A stretch of 64,000 nucleotides of DNA from Nitrospina sp. (GCA_018697205.1 JABHTG010000138.1:23940-87939); one strand, 5' to 3'. Positions 38,356-49,101 are shown, numbered from the stretch's first letter. Notes: a model not told the origin generated them from the letters alone. Numbers and translations: made by a program.

Positions 38356-40134
38356 TTATGATTGAAGAGTTAGCGGCGTTACCGGTAGTTCAAAACAAAA
38401 ACTTGCTCCTTGACTTTTAGATGGCCTGAAAGTCAGTGTTCCGTTGTGAAGTTCGATCATTTTTTTTGCAATTGCTAATCCTAGGCCAGTTCCTTTTTTG
38501 TTTTCAGTTGACCCAGAGTCTAACTTTTTAAACGGTTTAAATAAATCATCTAGATCTTCACTCCTTATACTGGAACCTTGGTCTGTTATGGTAACCCGCA
38601 AATGTTCTGAGACTGATTCCACAATTATTTGAATTGTTCCGCCTATGGGAGAGAACTTTATTGCGTTAGTCAATAAATTATCTATGACTTGTCCTATTCT
38701 AGGGGTGTCAAATAAAATTAATTTCAGATTTTGGTATTTTATATCAAAGTTTATATTTTTTTCCATTGCTAGGTGGGTGTAAATTTTAATTCGTTCTTCC
38801 ATTAGTATATGAAGGTTGCCTGGTTTTAAATTTAATACAAGCTGCCCACTTTCTATAGCAGAAAAACTTAGCAAGTCATTCAGTAGTTCTAATATGCTAC
38901 CGCTAGTTGAATTGATTATTTTAAGAAAATCAGTGCGCGTATCTTCGTTTAATAGGCTACCTTTTTTTAAAAGAAACCCAGAGTACCCTTGAATTGAGGT
39001 TAGGGGATTGCGTAAATCATGAGAAGCAATACCCAATAGTTCATTTTTTAATTTTATTAAATCGTGTAATGATAGATTTTTTTCTTCTAGTTCATTTTTT
39101 AATTTTTTGAGTTCATTAGTTCTTAAATAGACTTCATTTTCAATGCGTCTAGCCCGTGAAGAAAGTATTTGAAAAATTATTGCTATAAATATAATAAGAA
39201 TTAAGACGGCTGCTGAAAGCCAGTTATGGAGACTATTAGGACCCTGTTGAAACTTTAAATCCCCTTGCCAAACTAAAGTCCACCTAATCTGTGAGAACTG
39301 TAATGCCATTTCTTTTTTTATTTGTGTGTTTTCCTTGAGATGCCCATACAGTTCTTTTTTGTGATCTTCATCAAATATGGTTAAGAACATTCCTGATGCT
39401 ATATAGGGACTAAAGACCTTATTGATCAGATCATTTAAATTATATATTCCTAGAGCAACGCCTGAAAATAATATTTTTTTTTCTTCAATCGTTTTAGGGA
39501 TGTTTTCGCCTTTATAAAAAGGAGAAAAAAATAACATATCCATTGTTTTTGAATCTCTGCCAAGGAAGTCTATAGTGATTGCAGCGACGGTTTTTCCTGA
39601 ATCTCTAGCCTGATTCATAAGGTTTAATAGAGTTGGTTGAGTACTAATATCAAATCCTATGAACGACTTATTGTCAGAATATGGTTGTGAATAGTAAATT
39701 GGGAAGTATTCATTTTTTGGTGGAGCCGAGATTATTTTTGAGCTTTTATTTAATGTTGTAAACTCAAAATCAACGAAGCCATCTTGTTGAGCTATTATCT
39801 CTAGTGCAGATCTTTGGTTGTGGGGTACACGCGGAATCCATTGGAGTGATTTTATAAAATCGTTTTTTTCTAAAAGCGAAGAGGTGTAAGCTTTGAATCC
39901 AGACCGAGTAACACTTTTTGAAGCTTTAAATAGAGAGGCAATCCCCGTTAATTCTCTTCCTATAGCCTCAAGTTGTTCTTCAAGAATTCGAGTATTTTTG
40001 TTTCCTTCTTGTTCAAATTGTTGGGTCCAATCATATTCATTTTTTTTTTTAACATTGTTGAGAGTTACAAATGTTAGTGCAATAGCAAGAAATATCAAAC
40101 ACCAAGTTGTATATGTGAGTCTCTTTAAAATCAC
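38356..40134 (-). CDS. CHASE-domain sensor histidine kinase
   Basis: Two TM helices; CHASE motifs (F.A...VTR..F, W.PRV, EYFPI.Y..P, G.D, ARDSG); H-box SHDLRNPLT; NLLTNAIKF; GTGLGLAI. Confidence 0.92.
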   Translation of the reverse strand: MILKRLTYTTWCLIFLAIALTFVTLNNVKKKNEYDWTQQFEQEGNKNTRILEEQLEAIGRELTGIASLFKASKSVTRSGFKAYTSSLLEKNDFIKSLQWIPRVPHNQRSALEIIAQQDGFVDFEFTTLNKSSKIISAPPKNEYFPIYYSQPYSDNKSFIGFDISTQPTLLNLMNQARDSGKTVAAITIDFLGRDSKTMDMLFFSPFYKGENIPKTIEEKKILFSGVALGIYNLNDLINKVFSPYIASGMFLTIFDEDHKKELYGHLKENTQIKKEMALQFSQIRWTLVWQGDLKFQQGPNSLHNWLSAAVLILIIFIAIIFQILSSRARRIENEVYLRTNELKKLKNELEEKNLSLHDLIKLKNELLGIASHDLRNPLTSIQGYSGFLLKKGSLLNEDTRTDFLKIINSTSGSILELLNDLLSFSAIESGQLVLNLKPGNLHILMEERIKIYTHLAMEKNINFDIKYQNLKLILFDTPRIGQVIDNLLTNAIKFSPIGGTIQIIVESVSEHLRVTITDQGSSIRSEDLDDLFKPFKKLDSGSTENKKGTGLGLAIAKKMIELHNGTLTFRPSKSQGASFCFELPVTPLTLQS

Positions 40135-40261
40135 TTTGTCTAGTTTAATTGATTATTTTTGACTTGATTTACGTAGTACTGATTTTTTCTTATTCTTCGT
40201 AAACGTTCCTATTTTATTAAGATTGTTGAAGTTTTTTAATTTTAATAAACAGGAATTATTT

Positions 40262-41170
40262 TTATTCTATACGTATAAATGTTAGCTCATGTTTATTGTT
40301 GTATAAGTGGATAACTTGACCCCCGCTAAATTCTAAAAATTTTTTAGCAAAACTATAATTTTGATTACTTTGAAACTTTATTGTGCAAATAAAGTTTTTG
40401 CATTTTTTTGATTCAAACCATAAAGATATCCAATTAAATAATTTTTCTGGAAAACAAATAACATCACTAAATAGCCAATCTACTTTATCGTAATCTGAAG
40501 GTTTTATGGAAAAAACGTCGCCTTTGAGGTACTCTACGTTTGGTAGTGAGATTATTTTAGTGTCTAGGGGGGAGCGGTCTATTGATAAAACTCGGGCCCC
40601 TAGTTTGTTTATTACCCAAGCCCACCCACCGGGGCTTCCCCCTGCATCAATACAAAATTCACCAGGTTGTGGAAATTTTTCTATTCTAGTTAAAGACTCA
40701 TACAGTTTTAGATAGGCGCGACTTGGAGGCTCATCCTTGTTCTCCTCAAAAAGCACTTTCCCATTTTTAAATAAACTAGAGCATTTAGAGGATGCTAAGA
40801 TTTTATTTTCATTAAGAAGGGTCCATGAGCCTATTGGTGATGTGGGCAGAGAACAAGGAAAACGAAGCGGTTTTGCGGAAAGATGAGGTAGTTTTTCTTG
40901 AATCAATTTTGCGCGTCGATGAAATTGATACGAATATAGGCACCAGTTGCGTTGTATTGCCTTTAATTGTTTTGCTCCATCATTGATTGAGTCTATAGTT
41001 AAAATTCTTGGGTTTAACCAAGTATTTATTGACCATAAAGACTCTATGGGTAACGCAGATGATAAGACAAGTTGTTCGTGGATGCTAGTAATCTTATCTA
41101 ATTCTTCCTTTAATGGTTCCATATACTCTTCAGATCCTAAGTATGCAGAGCGTATTTCTTTAGAAACCAT
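40262..41170 (-). CDS. RlmM/FtsJ-like 2'-O-ribose RNA methyltransferase
   Basis: PPSRAYLKL.E, DAGGSPGGW, SDV, TIKF and ELT (K-D-K-E tetrad). Confidence 0.8.
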   Translation of the reverse strand: MVSKEIRSAYLGSEEYMEPLKEELDKITSIHEQLVLSSALPIESLWSINTWLNPRILTIDSINDGAKQLKAIQRNWCLYSYQFHRRAKLIQEKLPHLSAKPLRFPCSLPTSPIGSWTLLNENKILASSKCSSLFKNGKVLFEENKDEPPSRAYLKLYESLTRIEKFPQPGEFCIDAGGSPGGWAWVINKLGARVLSIDRSPLDTKIISLPNVEYLKGDVFSIKPSDYDKVDWLFSDVICFPEKLFNWISLWFESKKCKNFICTIKFQSNQNYSFAKKFLEFSGGQVIHLYNNKHELTFIRIE

Positions 41171-41335
41171 TTTATATTTTCTCCGTAACTTCTTTATGTT
41201 TTCCTCTTTAACTAACTAAAATCTTTTTAGTTAAAACTATTACCGAAAAAACTGTTTGTAATGACTGGAGATATTTTTAGTTAATGGGTGGAAGGCATTA
41301 AGTTTATCCTACAATGTAATTTGATTCAGTTAGTT

Positions 41336-42100
41336 TTATTCCTTTAACTTTGCTAAGACTTTATGCATATCACTCATTACATTGCGTCTGTTCTCGAGAG
41401 TATAGGCTCTTAAAAGATAGGCCGGATGGAGCGTTAGCATAAGTGGAATTCCCTCATATTGGTACCAGTTTCCCCTTTCCTTCATAATTGGGACAGTTCT
41501 TCCTAATAAGGTACTAGCAGCAGGTTTACCCAGGGCAACAATAGCTTTGGGTTTAATAGCTTGTAGTTGTTTAATAAGGAATGGATTACAGGATTCTATT
41601 TCATTGGATTTTGGGTCTCTATTACTGGGTGGTCGACATTTAACAATATTGCAGATATATGTATCTTTCTCACGGTCAAGATTCATACCTTTTTCTATGA
41701 TTTCGGTTAACTTTTTCCCCGCTCTACCTACAAAGGGGAAACCTTGTTCATCTTCATCAGCACCAGGTGCTTCCCCAACAAATACTAGTTCGGCGTGGGG
41801 ATTTCCTGAGCCGAAGACAATTGTCTTTCTGTTTTTATGCAAGTCACATCGATTACAGTCCCCTAATGCTTCTCGAACTTTTTCAATGCTGATATTAATT
41901 TTTTTAGTTATAGATTTTGTTGCTTTCATTTTAGTTGGGCCTTCATTATTACTAGTTGAGAGAGTTGCCTTATTTGTATTTGGTTGAAGTTTGAGAACTA
42001 TGTCTGAATCGGAGGGAATTCCGGAAAAACCATAATCTTTAAGAAAGGTTAGATAATTCCTCAAATTTCTAAGTATAACTGGTCTTTCGCTTGTCGACAT
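41336..42100 (-). CDS. Uracil-DNA glycosylase family 4
   Basis: CNRC.L, VGEAPG..ED..G.PFVG.AG, VKCRPP.NR.P and HPAYLLR. Confidence 0.93.
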   Translation of the reverse strand: MSTSERPVILRNLRNYLTFLKDYGFSGIPSDSDIVLKLQPNTNKATLSTSNNEGPTKMKATKSITKKINISIEKVREALGDCNRCDLHKNRKTIVFGSGNPHAELVFVGEAPGADEDEQGFPFVGRAGKKLTEIIEKGMNLDREKDTYICNIVKCRPPSNRDPKSNEIESCNPFLIKQLQAIKPKAIVALGKPAASTLLGRTVPIMKERGNWYQYEGIPLMLTLHPAYLLRAYTLENRRNVMSDMHKVLAKLKE

Positions 42101-42286
42101 ATCAAGATGGAGATTAGAAAAAGGTCACATGTAAAACAATCTGAGTTGAGAGTTTATGTAGAGAATTAAATAAAAATATGTATATTAACTTTTAAGCATG
42201 TAAATTGAAATTTTTCCGATTGAGTCTATAGTCAGCTTGGTTTATTATAATAGTGTAATATTAATTTTTATCAAGGTGTATAGCAT

Positions 42287-42592
42287 ATGTCAGGCTTAAA
42301 AAGCTCTTGGGAGCTTAGTCTTGAAAGATCGGAAAAACTAGTTCCTGAACTAAAAAATAAAAAAAAAATTACAAGTCGACAAAAAGAAAAAATTAGTGAA
42401 ATTCGTAAGGAATACCAGGCTAAGATTGCAGATAAAGACATAATGATGCAAGATAGCGTGACAAAGCTTCAGGGCCGAATTCCTCCCGAGGAAATTAAAT
42501 ATGCTATGGAAGAACTTCAAAATGGGTTCGCTGAGGAAAAAAATGCCTTAGAAAAAAAAATGGAAGAGGAAATTGAGTCTGTTCGTAATTAA
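42287..42592 (+). CDS. Hypothetical coiled-coil protein
   Basis: RBS AAGGTG; N-terminal LKSSWELSLER. Confidence 0.7.
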   Translation: MSGLKSSWELSLERSEKLVPELKNKKKITSRQKEKISEIRKEYQAKIADKDIMMQDSVTKLQGRIPPEEIKYAMEELQNGFAEEKNALEKKMEEEIESVRN

Positions 42593-42690
42593 GTAAGCTG
42601 CCCCCAAATTCGAACCCTCCGGTTGTAACTGCTACTTTCGTGGCGAGTTCTAGTTTTAAATATTTCTCCAGCTATTTTTGAGAAGAAAAA

Positions 42691-44355
42691 ATGAAAAATT
42701 TTATACGCCAGTTAATTAGCAGTGCACTTTTTAATGCCAAAAAAAATGGTGATCTAGATGTATCTATTATACCCGAAATTGTAGTTGAAATACCTAGGGA
42801 AGGTAAATTTGGTGACTTTTCTACAACACTTGCGTTAGGGCTTGCTAAATCAGAAAAAAAGAAACCATATGAGATTGCGAAAATTTTATCACATCATCTA
42901 CAGTGTGATGAAAATAGTATTGCATCAGTTAAAATAGCCGGTCCAGGGTTTCTCAATTTGTCAATGAAGCATTCATTTTTCATAAAGCGTTTGTTGAGAG
43001 TTGTAGAAGAAGGAGATCGATACGGAGAATCGAAAGCGGGTCAAGGTAAAAAAATTCTTCTTGAGTTTGTAAGTGCTAACCCTACGGGCCCTCTTCATGT
43101 AGGTCATGGTAGAGGAGCAGCAGTAGGAGATATGCTTGGCCGACTTCTTGATAAAGCTGGATATAACGTTAGCACAGAATATTATATTAATGATGTCGGT
43201 AATCAAATGAATACTCTGGGTCGATCTACATGGCTGCGCTATTTAGAAATAGAAGGCAAGAATAACGAATTTCCGCCAGATTATTATCAAGGAGATTATA
43301 TAAAGGATATAGCGAGGGCTATACACAAACAGTATGGAGATGAATTTCTTAACCAAAATGAAGACGAGGTTTTACAATTTTTTCGTGAGCATGCTCTTAA
43401 TTCCATTTTGGATGGAATTAAAGAAGATCTTTCTAATTTTGGTGTGAGTTTTGACCAGTGGTTTAGTGAAAAAAAATTATATGATCAACAATTAGTTAAT
43501 TTAGTTGTTAATTGCCTCCGGGAAAGAGGGCATGTTTATGAAAAGGAAGGTGCTGTCTGGCTGAAATCATCTGCGCTTAATGATGAAAAAGACCGAGTTC
43601 TCATCAAGCAATCAGGTGAAAAAACTTATTTTTGCTCGGATATCGCTTATCACAAGAATAAAATTGATCGTGGTTTTGAGTTAATTGTTGACTTATGGGG
43701 AGCGGATCATCACGGGTATGTTCCTCGTATGAAATCAGCACTGCAAGCAATTGGATACGATGAAAATGTTTTTAAAGTAATGCTTGTTCAGTTTGTATCT
43801 TTGAAGCGTGGTGGAGAAAAAGTATCGATGTCTACCAGGTCAGGAAAGTTTGTTACTTTATCAGATGTTATTAAGGAAGTAGGAGTTGATGCGACTCGTT
43901 TTTTCTTTTTAATGAGAAGTTCTGATACACATCTTGACTTTGATCTTGAGTTAGCTAAAAAAGAATCCCCTGAGAACCCTGTTTTTTATATTCAATATGC
44001 CCATGCTCGTATTTGTAGTATTTTCCAAACAGCTACTAAGCAAGGAATAAATCTCCTCGATCAAGTTGATCTTGACTTGAAACCTTTAGAAAATGAAGAA
44101 GAACTTATCATCATAAAAAAAATACTTGCTTTTACAGAAACTGTAGAAAAAAGTGCAGAACTATTAGAAGTTCATCGTATTGCATTTTACCTGCAGGATC
44201 TTGTTGGTACTTTTCACAGGTATTATTCCAGTAATCGAATTGTGAGTGATGATCAAACTGTAACTTTAGCGAGATTATTCCTTATGAACTGTCTTCGTGT
44301 TACAATTAGAAATGGTCTTTCAATAATGGGTGTCTCGGCACCAGCGAGTATGTAG
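42691..44355 (+). CDS. argS: Arginyl-tRNA synthetase
   Basis: EFVSANPTGPLHVGHGR, GADHHGY, MSTRSG, NPVFYIQYAHAR and C-terminal AP.SM. Confidence 0.98.
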   Translation: MKNFIRQLISSALFNAKKNGDLDVSIIPEIVVEIPREGKFGDFSTTLALGLAKSEKKKPYEIAKILSHHLQCDENSIASVKIAGPGFLNLSMKHSFFIKRLLRVVEEGDRYGESKAGQGKKILLEFVSANPTGPLHVGHGRGAAVGDMLGRLLDKAGYNVSTEYYINDVGNQMNTLGRSTWLRYLEIEGKNNEFPPDYYQGDYIKDIARAIHKQYGDEFLNQNEDEVLQFFREHALNSILDGIKEDLSNFGVSFDQWFSEKKLYDQQLVNLVVNCLRERGHVYEKEGAVWLKSSALNDEKDRVLIKQSGEKTYFCSDIAYHKNKIDRGFELIVDLWGADHHGYVPRMKSALQAIGYDENVFKVMLVQFVSLKRGGEKVSMSTRSGKFVTLSDVIKEVGVDATRFFFLMRSSDTHLDFDLELAKKESPENPVFYIQYAHARICSIFQTATKQGINLLDQVDLDLKPLENEEELIIIKKILAFTETVEKSAELLEVHRIAFYLQDLVGTFHRYYSSNRIVSDDQTVTLARLFLMNCLRVTIRNGLSIMGVSAPASM

Positions 44356-44403
44356 CGAATGATTTTAATGAGTTTGTATAATTTAGTTCAAGGTCTTAGC
44401 TAA

Positions 44404-45066
44404 ATGAAATCATCAGCTAAATTTTCTTTAACTCTCCTCATTTTTGCTCTATCTGCGACAGGATTTTTTTTTGATTCTATAAAAGCCCTTGATTTTTTTT
44501 CGATAAAAAAAAATATTTCTTTTGATAAAATAATTTCAATAAAGCCTTTAGATGTGAAAGATAAACAGGCTTTAGTTGAATCGGGAGCTAGTTCGTTGGG
44601 TAGTTTTACTTTTTTTGATACACTTAACGACCCTGCTATGAAAAAATATATTGGGTTGAGTGGGAATGTCATTTCCGAAAAAGAGAAAGCTCTTCAGAAG
44701 CCAAATGTTTTGACTTCAAAAAAAGATAATAGTCTTGACCCTCAGGTAATCTCTGCCATTCCTAGAAAAATTATCACTCCATCCACAAAAAATCTTTACA
44801 GGCAAAGGCAGATTGAGTCATCAGAGCCAGGCTTTGTCCTTCAAGTAGGATCATTTCAAGATTTTAATAAGGCAGTTATTCTTAAAAACAAATTAATTAA
44901 ACGTGACTATACCGTTTATATTACTTCAACTTTAATTGAAAAAAAGGGCTATATATTAAATCGAGTTTTTGTGGGTAAGTTCTTGAGAAAAGTAGAAGCT
45001 GAAAAGGTAGCTGTTAAGATAAAAGAATCTGAAAAAATTGAACCACTCGTTCGATACTTTGATTAA
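44404..45066 (+). CDS. SPOR domain protein
   Basis: N-terminal TM; LQVGSF...A..L...L and RVFVG.F; follows argS. Confidence 0.85.
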   Translation: MKSSAKFSLTLLIFALSATGFFFDSIKALDFFSIKKNISFDKIISIKPLDVKDKQALVESGASSLGSFTFFDTLNDPAMKKYIGLSGNVISEKEKALQKPNVLTSKKDNSLDPQVISAIPRKIITPSTKNLYRQRQIESSEPGFVLQVGSFQDFNKAVILKNKLIKRDYTVYITSTLIEKKGYILNRVFVGKFLRKVEAEKVAVKIKESEKIEPLVRYFD

Positions 45067-45082
45067 AAATAAATAATTAAGT

Positions 45083-46456
45083 TTAGTCTTTTACTTGCCT
45101 GCGTTCTTTGTAAACTTGTAGTATCTCTATAGGGTCATCGGCTCTAGATCCTCCGTAAAAATTTTCTTTGCTATCATAAACTGGTGCAAAGCGATAGCCT
45201 TTAGAGTTATTGTTGTATACAGTTCTTTGAACACTCTCGCCTTTAAATTCAAAAGTTAGATTTGATTGTTTCCCTGGTTTTATGATTATTGTTTCAATCT
45301 GATTTGGTATAAATGGATGCCAGGCAATTATTTTATATGTGCCAGGTGGAATATTTTTAATTGAAAAATTTCCATCTTTATCTGTTATGGCGTAATAAGG
45401 GTTTTCGACTATTATTCCATTTGACTGTAAAAACGGATGAAGGTTACATTTGATTAGAAAGTTTTTAGTATTTTTTTTTACGAAAATATCTCTGGCTTGA
45501 GACGTATTCGCATCGACAGGGCGGTGGCTTCTTTGGTCTGCACCTCGAGCATTAAATTCGTACGCAACAACCTCATGTCTGATAGGGTCAGTATTCTCTA
45601 GTAATAGTGTTTCCCCATTACGAGAACTAATGACATATTTGGGAGTATGGCAACGGTTCATTACTATTTTTTGAATTTTATTTAGAAAGGGTTTCCCCTT
45701 TTGTATATTAACAAGTTTAACTACAGTATCTTTAAGTCCCCGGGATTCTGACACGGTAAAATCAAATAAAATACGATTACCTTTCCCATCTGAAATTCGT
45801 GTGCAATATTCAATATTTGGAGATGCTATGAGCGGAAAAAATCTTGGGCTGGGTATCTTCCCAGATAGACTGACCCTCCCTTTGATTGAACCACCATTAT
45901 TAACTGACATGACTTTATATTTTGGTGGAATAAAGTCAAAAAGTTTTTTAGCTAAATCGTTGTTACGTGAATAAAGTTGATTGACTTGATTTTCTGCTTT
46001 ATCTATCTTATTTTGTCTTATATATAACAGTCCAAGATTGTAATCTGCCTTAACATTCCTAGGGTCCATTTTTAGAGATAGCTTAAGCTCTTGGACTGCT
46101 TCTTTAATTAAATTTAACTTGGCAAAAGAAAGCCCTCTGTTATAGCGGAATAGAGAGTGGTCATACCCGAGCATTATTGCTTTATCAAAAGCAAGTAAGG
46201 CTTCTTTATGTTTTTCTAATTGGCTTAGGGCTACACCTAGGTTTGCGTAGGCTAATTTATTTAGGGGGTCAAACTGGATAGCCATTCTAAATTCATCAGA
46301 GGCCTGTTTCCAATGCTCAGCTCGACTAAGCAGTAAACCATCATCATAATATCGCTGTGATTTAAGCTTTGTTTCCTCGCTTGCTACAGCATTGAAAGGG
46401 AGTGTTGAAAATAGGATGAACCAAGCCAAACTGCTTTTGATAAAAAAATTAATCAC
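45083..46456 (-). CDS. Exported TPR plus carboxypeptidase-regulatory-like/cupredoxin-like domain protein
   Basis: Signal peptide; about four TPRs; GGSIKGRV; DPIRH...CNLHPF; TDKDGNFSI.NIPPGTY...AWHP. Confidence 0.8.
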   Translation of the reverse strand: MINFFIKSSLAWFILFSTLPFNAVASEETKLKSQRYYDDGLLLSRAEHWKQASDEFRMAIQFDPLNKLAYANLGVALSQLEKHKEALLAFDKAIMLGYDHSLFRYNRGLSFAKLNLIKEAVQELKLSLKMDPRNVKADYNLGLLYIRQNKIDKAENQVNQLYSRNNDLAKKLFDFIPPKYKVMSVNNGGSIKGRVSLSGKIPSPRFFPLIASPNIEYCTRISDGKGNRILFDFTVSESRGLKDTVVKLVNIQKGKPFLNKIQKIVMNRCHTPKYVISSRNGETLLLENTDPIRHEVVAYEFNARGADQRSHRPVDANTSQARDIFVKKNTKNFLIKCNLHPFLQSNGIIVENPYYAITDKDGNFSIKNIPPGTYKIIAWHPFIPNQIETIIIKPGKQSNLTFEFKGESVQRTVYNNNSKGYRFAPVYDSKENFYGGSRADDPIEILQVYKERRQVKD

Positions 46457-46604
46457 GTGTAAACAATCCCCCGCCTTATTCTTGATTTATTAAACTTTAA
46501 TACTATTTTAAATTAACAATCCTTTGAAGTTGTGTCAAATTGAAGACAATGAGAGTATCTATATTAGTTTTTGGTATGACACCACTTATAAACTCTAGTA
46601 ACTA

Positions 46605-47570
46605 ATGGACTACAATCCTTATTTATTCAAACCAAAGGTTTTATTTCGGAATAATTTTTTTCAAACTGTTATGGGATCGTTTATTTCAGGAAATGCGAGA
46701 TTACCAGAACGAAAACTTCATAAAGTATTAGTTGGTCAAATAGAAAAATTAATATTGTGTGAATTGTCCTCGAGCAACCCTGATGCTCCTATAATTCTTA
46801 TGGCTCATGGTATGGGGGGGTCTTCTGAAGCAGGTTATATGAAACGAATTGCCAGAAAATTTTGGATTCGTGGATTTACTGTTTTTATGATGAATCAACG
46901 TGGAAGTGGACTTGGTATGGGCTTGAGCGATCGTTTATGGAACGGCGGAAGTAGTGATGACTTAGATAATGTGATTAATTATATTTTAAAAATTTACTCA
47001 AGTAATTCAATTGATATCGTAGGATTTTCGTTGAGTGGGAATATACTTTTAAAGTATCTTGGCGAGAAGAGAATTCGATCTAAAAAAATTCGTAGGGCAT
47101 TTGCAGTTAACCCTCCAATTGATTTAAAAAGAGCGAGCTATATTTTATCAAAAACTAAGAAATGTTCTTTTTTTAATAATTATTATATGAAGCAGATTCA
47201 TTTGCAGACAGAGGCCATGGCTGAATGTGTTCCAAATGCATTTAAACCTTCAGTAAAAGCTAAAACAATACTTGAATTTGATGAGATTTACACTGCGCCT
47301 GCGGCAGGTTACAAAGATGTTGATGATTATTATCACAAGTGTAGTGCTAAAGGATATTTGGATGATATTAATATTCCTACTACTATTCTCTGCGCAATGG
47401 ATGACCCTTTTGTTGAAGTAAGTATTTTTAAATCGACTCGCATGAGTAGTGCTATTGAGCTAAATACTCCTGAGCGGGGAGGGCACATGGGATATCTTTC
47501 AAGGAGACTCACTCCTTGGGGTGATCACAGGTGGATGGACTTTATGGTCGTTGATTGGTCAGATATATAA
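46605..47570 (+). CDS. YheT-like alpha/beta hydrolase
   Basis: HGMGGS, GFSLSGN nucleophile elbow, DDPF and GGHMG. Confidence 0.88.
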   Translation: MDYNPYLFKPKVLFRNNFFQTVMGSFISGNARLPERKLHKVLVGQIEKLILCELSSSNPDAPIILMAHGMGGSSEAGYMKRIARKFWIRGFTVFMMNQRGSGLGMGLSDRLWNGGSSDDLDNVINYILKIYSSNSIDIVGFSLSGNILLKYLGEKRIRSKKIRRAFAVNPPIDLKRASYILSKTKKCSFFNNYYMKQIHLQTEAMAECVPNAFKPSVKAKTILEFDEIYTAPAAGYKDVDDYYHKCSAKGYLDDINIPTTILCAMDDPFVEVSIFKSTRMSSAIELNTPERGGHMGYLSRRLTPWGDHRWMDFMVVDWSDI

Positions 47571-47738
47571 TAAAAGGAGTGGTGTAAGTACTTGATTTAG
47601 TTTTTCTGTTTGAGGATGATTTTAAAGATGTGATTTTGAGTATTAGTGCATATAAAAAAACTACTTTTTTGTTTGTTTTTTTACTATTAGGCCGATATTT
47701 TTATAATTATTTGTGTTTAATTTAGATTAAATATAAAG

Positions 47739-49028
47739 ATGGAACTTTTTCCAGAATTCCAAGATAAGAAAAATGACATAAAACCTGCACCACTTGCTGA
47801 CCGAATGCGTCCTCGCAAAATAAAAGACTTTCTTGGCCAGGAAAATATTTTTGGTGAAGGAAAACCATTGCGAACACTTATTAGAGTAAAATCAAATTTT
47901 TCATTTATATTATGGGGGCCACCGGGATCGGGTAAGACAACAATTGCTCGTCTTGCTGCAAATATATCAGAAAACGAATTTTATGAGATAAGTGCCGTAA
48001 ATGCTGGTGTAGCTGAAATTCGAAAGGTTATCCATCAGGCAAAAAAATCATGGAGCCTCTCTAGGAAAAGCTCGACTCTTTTCATTGATGAAATTCACAG
48101 ACTGAATAAATCTCAACAGGATTCTGTTTTACCTCATATTGAAAATGGAACTATTCGCCTTATTGGTTCTACTACCGAAAATCCATCTTTCGAGGTAATC
48201 CCCTCTTTGAGTTCTAGATGCCAGGTATTTCGTTTGGAGTCACTTTCTCAAAAAGATATGAGGGCTTTGTTAGAGCGTGGGTTGGTTGATAAGGAAAGTG
48301 GTTTAGGAAATGATTTGTTTAAAATTGATTCTGATGCCAAAAATCTAATTATATCTTATGCAAATGGAGACGCACGCAAGGCACTTAATTTGTTAGAAGC
48401 GGCCCGTGATTTTTCCTGTTCTATTGAAAAGGAACCTCGGTTAGTTAGTGCTCAAGATATTAAAGCGTTAATTCAATCAGTTGCTATTTTGTATGACAAA
48501 GATGGTAATGAACATTATGATCATGCTTCAGCTTTTCAAAAAAGTTTGCGGGGATCTGATCCGGACGCAGCGATTTACTGGCTAGCAAAAATGATTAGCG
48601 GAGGTGAGAATCCACGTTTTATTTATCGAAGATTAATTGTAACTGCTGCAGAAGATATTGGGAATGCAGACCCAATGGCTCTTGTTATTGCTAATACCGC
48701 TGCAGATTCGTGTGAAAAACTCGGATGGCCCGAAGCAAGAATTCCTTTAGCACAAGCGGTGATTTATATAGCGCAGGCTCCAAAAGATAACTCGGCGATT
48801 GTTGCTATTGATGAAGCTTTGAATGATATTCAACATAAAGGAAAATCTTTTCCCGTGCCAGACCACCTTAAGGATACTCATTATAGCGATGCGAAAGCTA
48901 AATATGGTTACGGTAAGGAGTATAAATATCCTCATGATTTCCCTAAAAGCAAGGTAGCACAAGATTATTTACCCGATGCTTTAAAGGGAACCCAATATGT
49001 TTTTTTTAATCCAAAAAATAAAACTTAG
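47739..49028 (+). CDS. rarA: Replication-associated recombination protein A (MgsA/RarA)
   Basis: PLADRMRP, WGPPGSGKTT, DEIHR, TTENPSFEV, KSLRGSDPDAA and EDIGNADP. Confidence 0.95.
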   Translation: MELFPEFQDKKNDIKPAPLADRMRPRKIKDFLGQENIFGEGKPLRTLIRVKSNFSFILWGPPGSGKTTIARLAANISENEFYEISAVNAGVAEIRKVIHQAKKSWSLSRKSSTLFIDEIHRLNKSQQDSVLPHIENGTIRLIGSTTENPSFEVIPSLSSRCQVFRLESLSQKDMRALLERGLVDKESGLGNDLFKIDSDAKNLIISYANGDARKALNLLEAARDFSCSIEKEPRLVSAQDIKALIQSVAILYDKDGNEHYDHASAFQKSLRGSDPDAAIYWLAKMISGGENPRFIYRRLIVTAAEDIGNADPMALVIANTAADSCEKLGWPEARIPLAQAVIYIAQAPKDNSAIVAIDEALNDIQHKGKSFPVPDHLKDTHYSDAKAKYGYGKEYKYPHDFPKSKVAQDYLPDALKGTQYVFFNPKNKT

Positions 49029-49101
49029 ACTGTTGGTAAACTTGCGATATTATTTATTTTAGGTTAAAAACATTCTTTTAGGAAACATCTTTGATTTTAC
49101 T

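Noticed and set aside
42596-42675. T-box or tRNA-like leader upstream of argS (contains TTCGAAC and a hairpin)
   Set aside because: The spacer is under 100 nt, with no T-box consensus and no cloverleaf. The AACTGCTAC-TTTC-GTGGCGAGTT hairpin is more simply a weak terminator.
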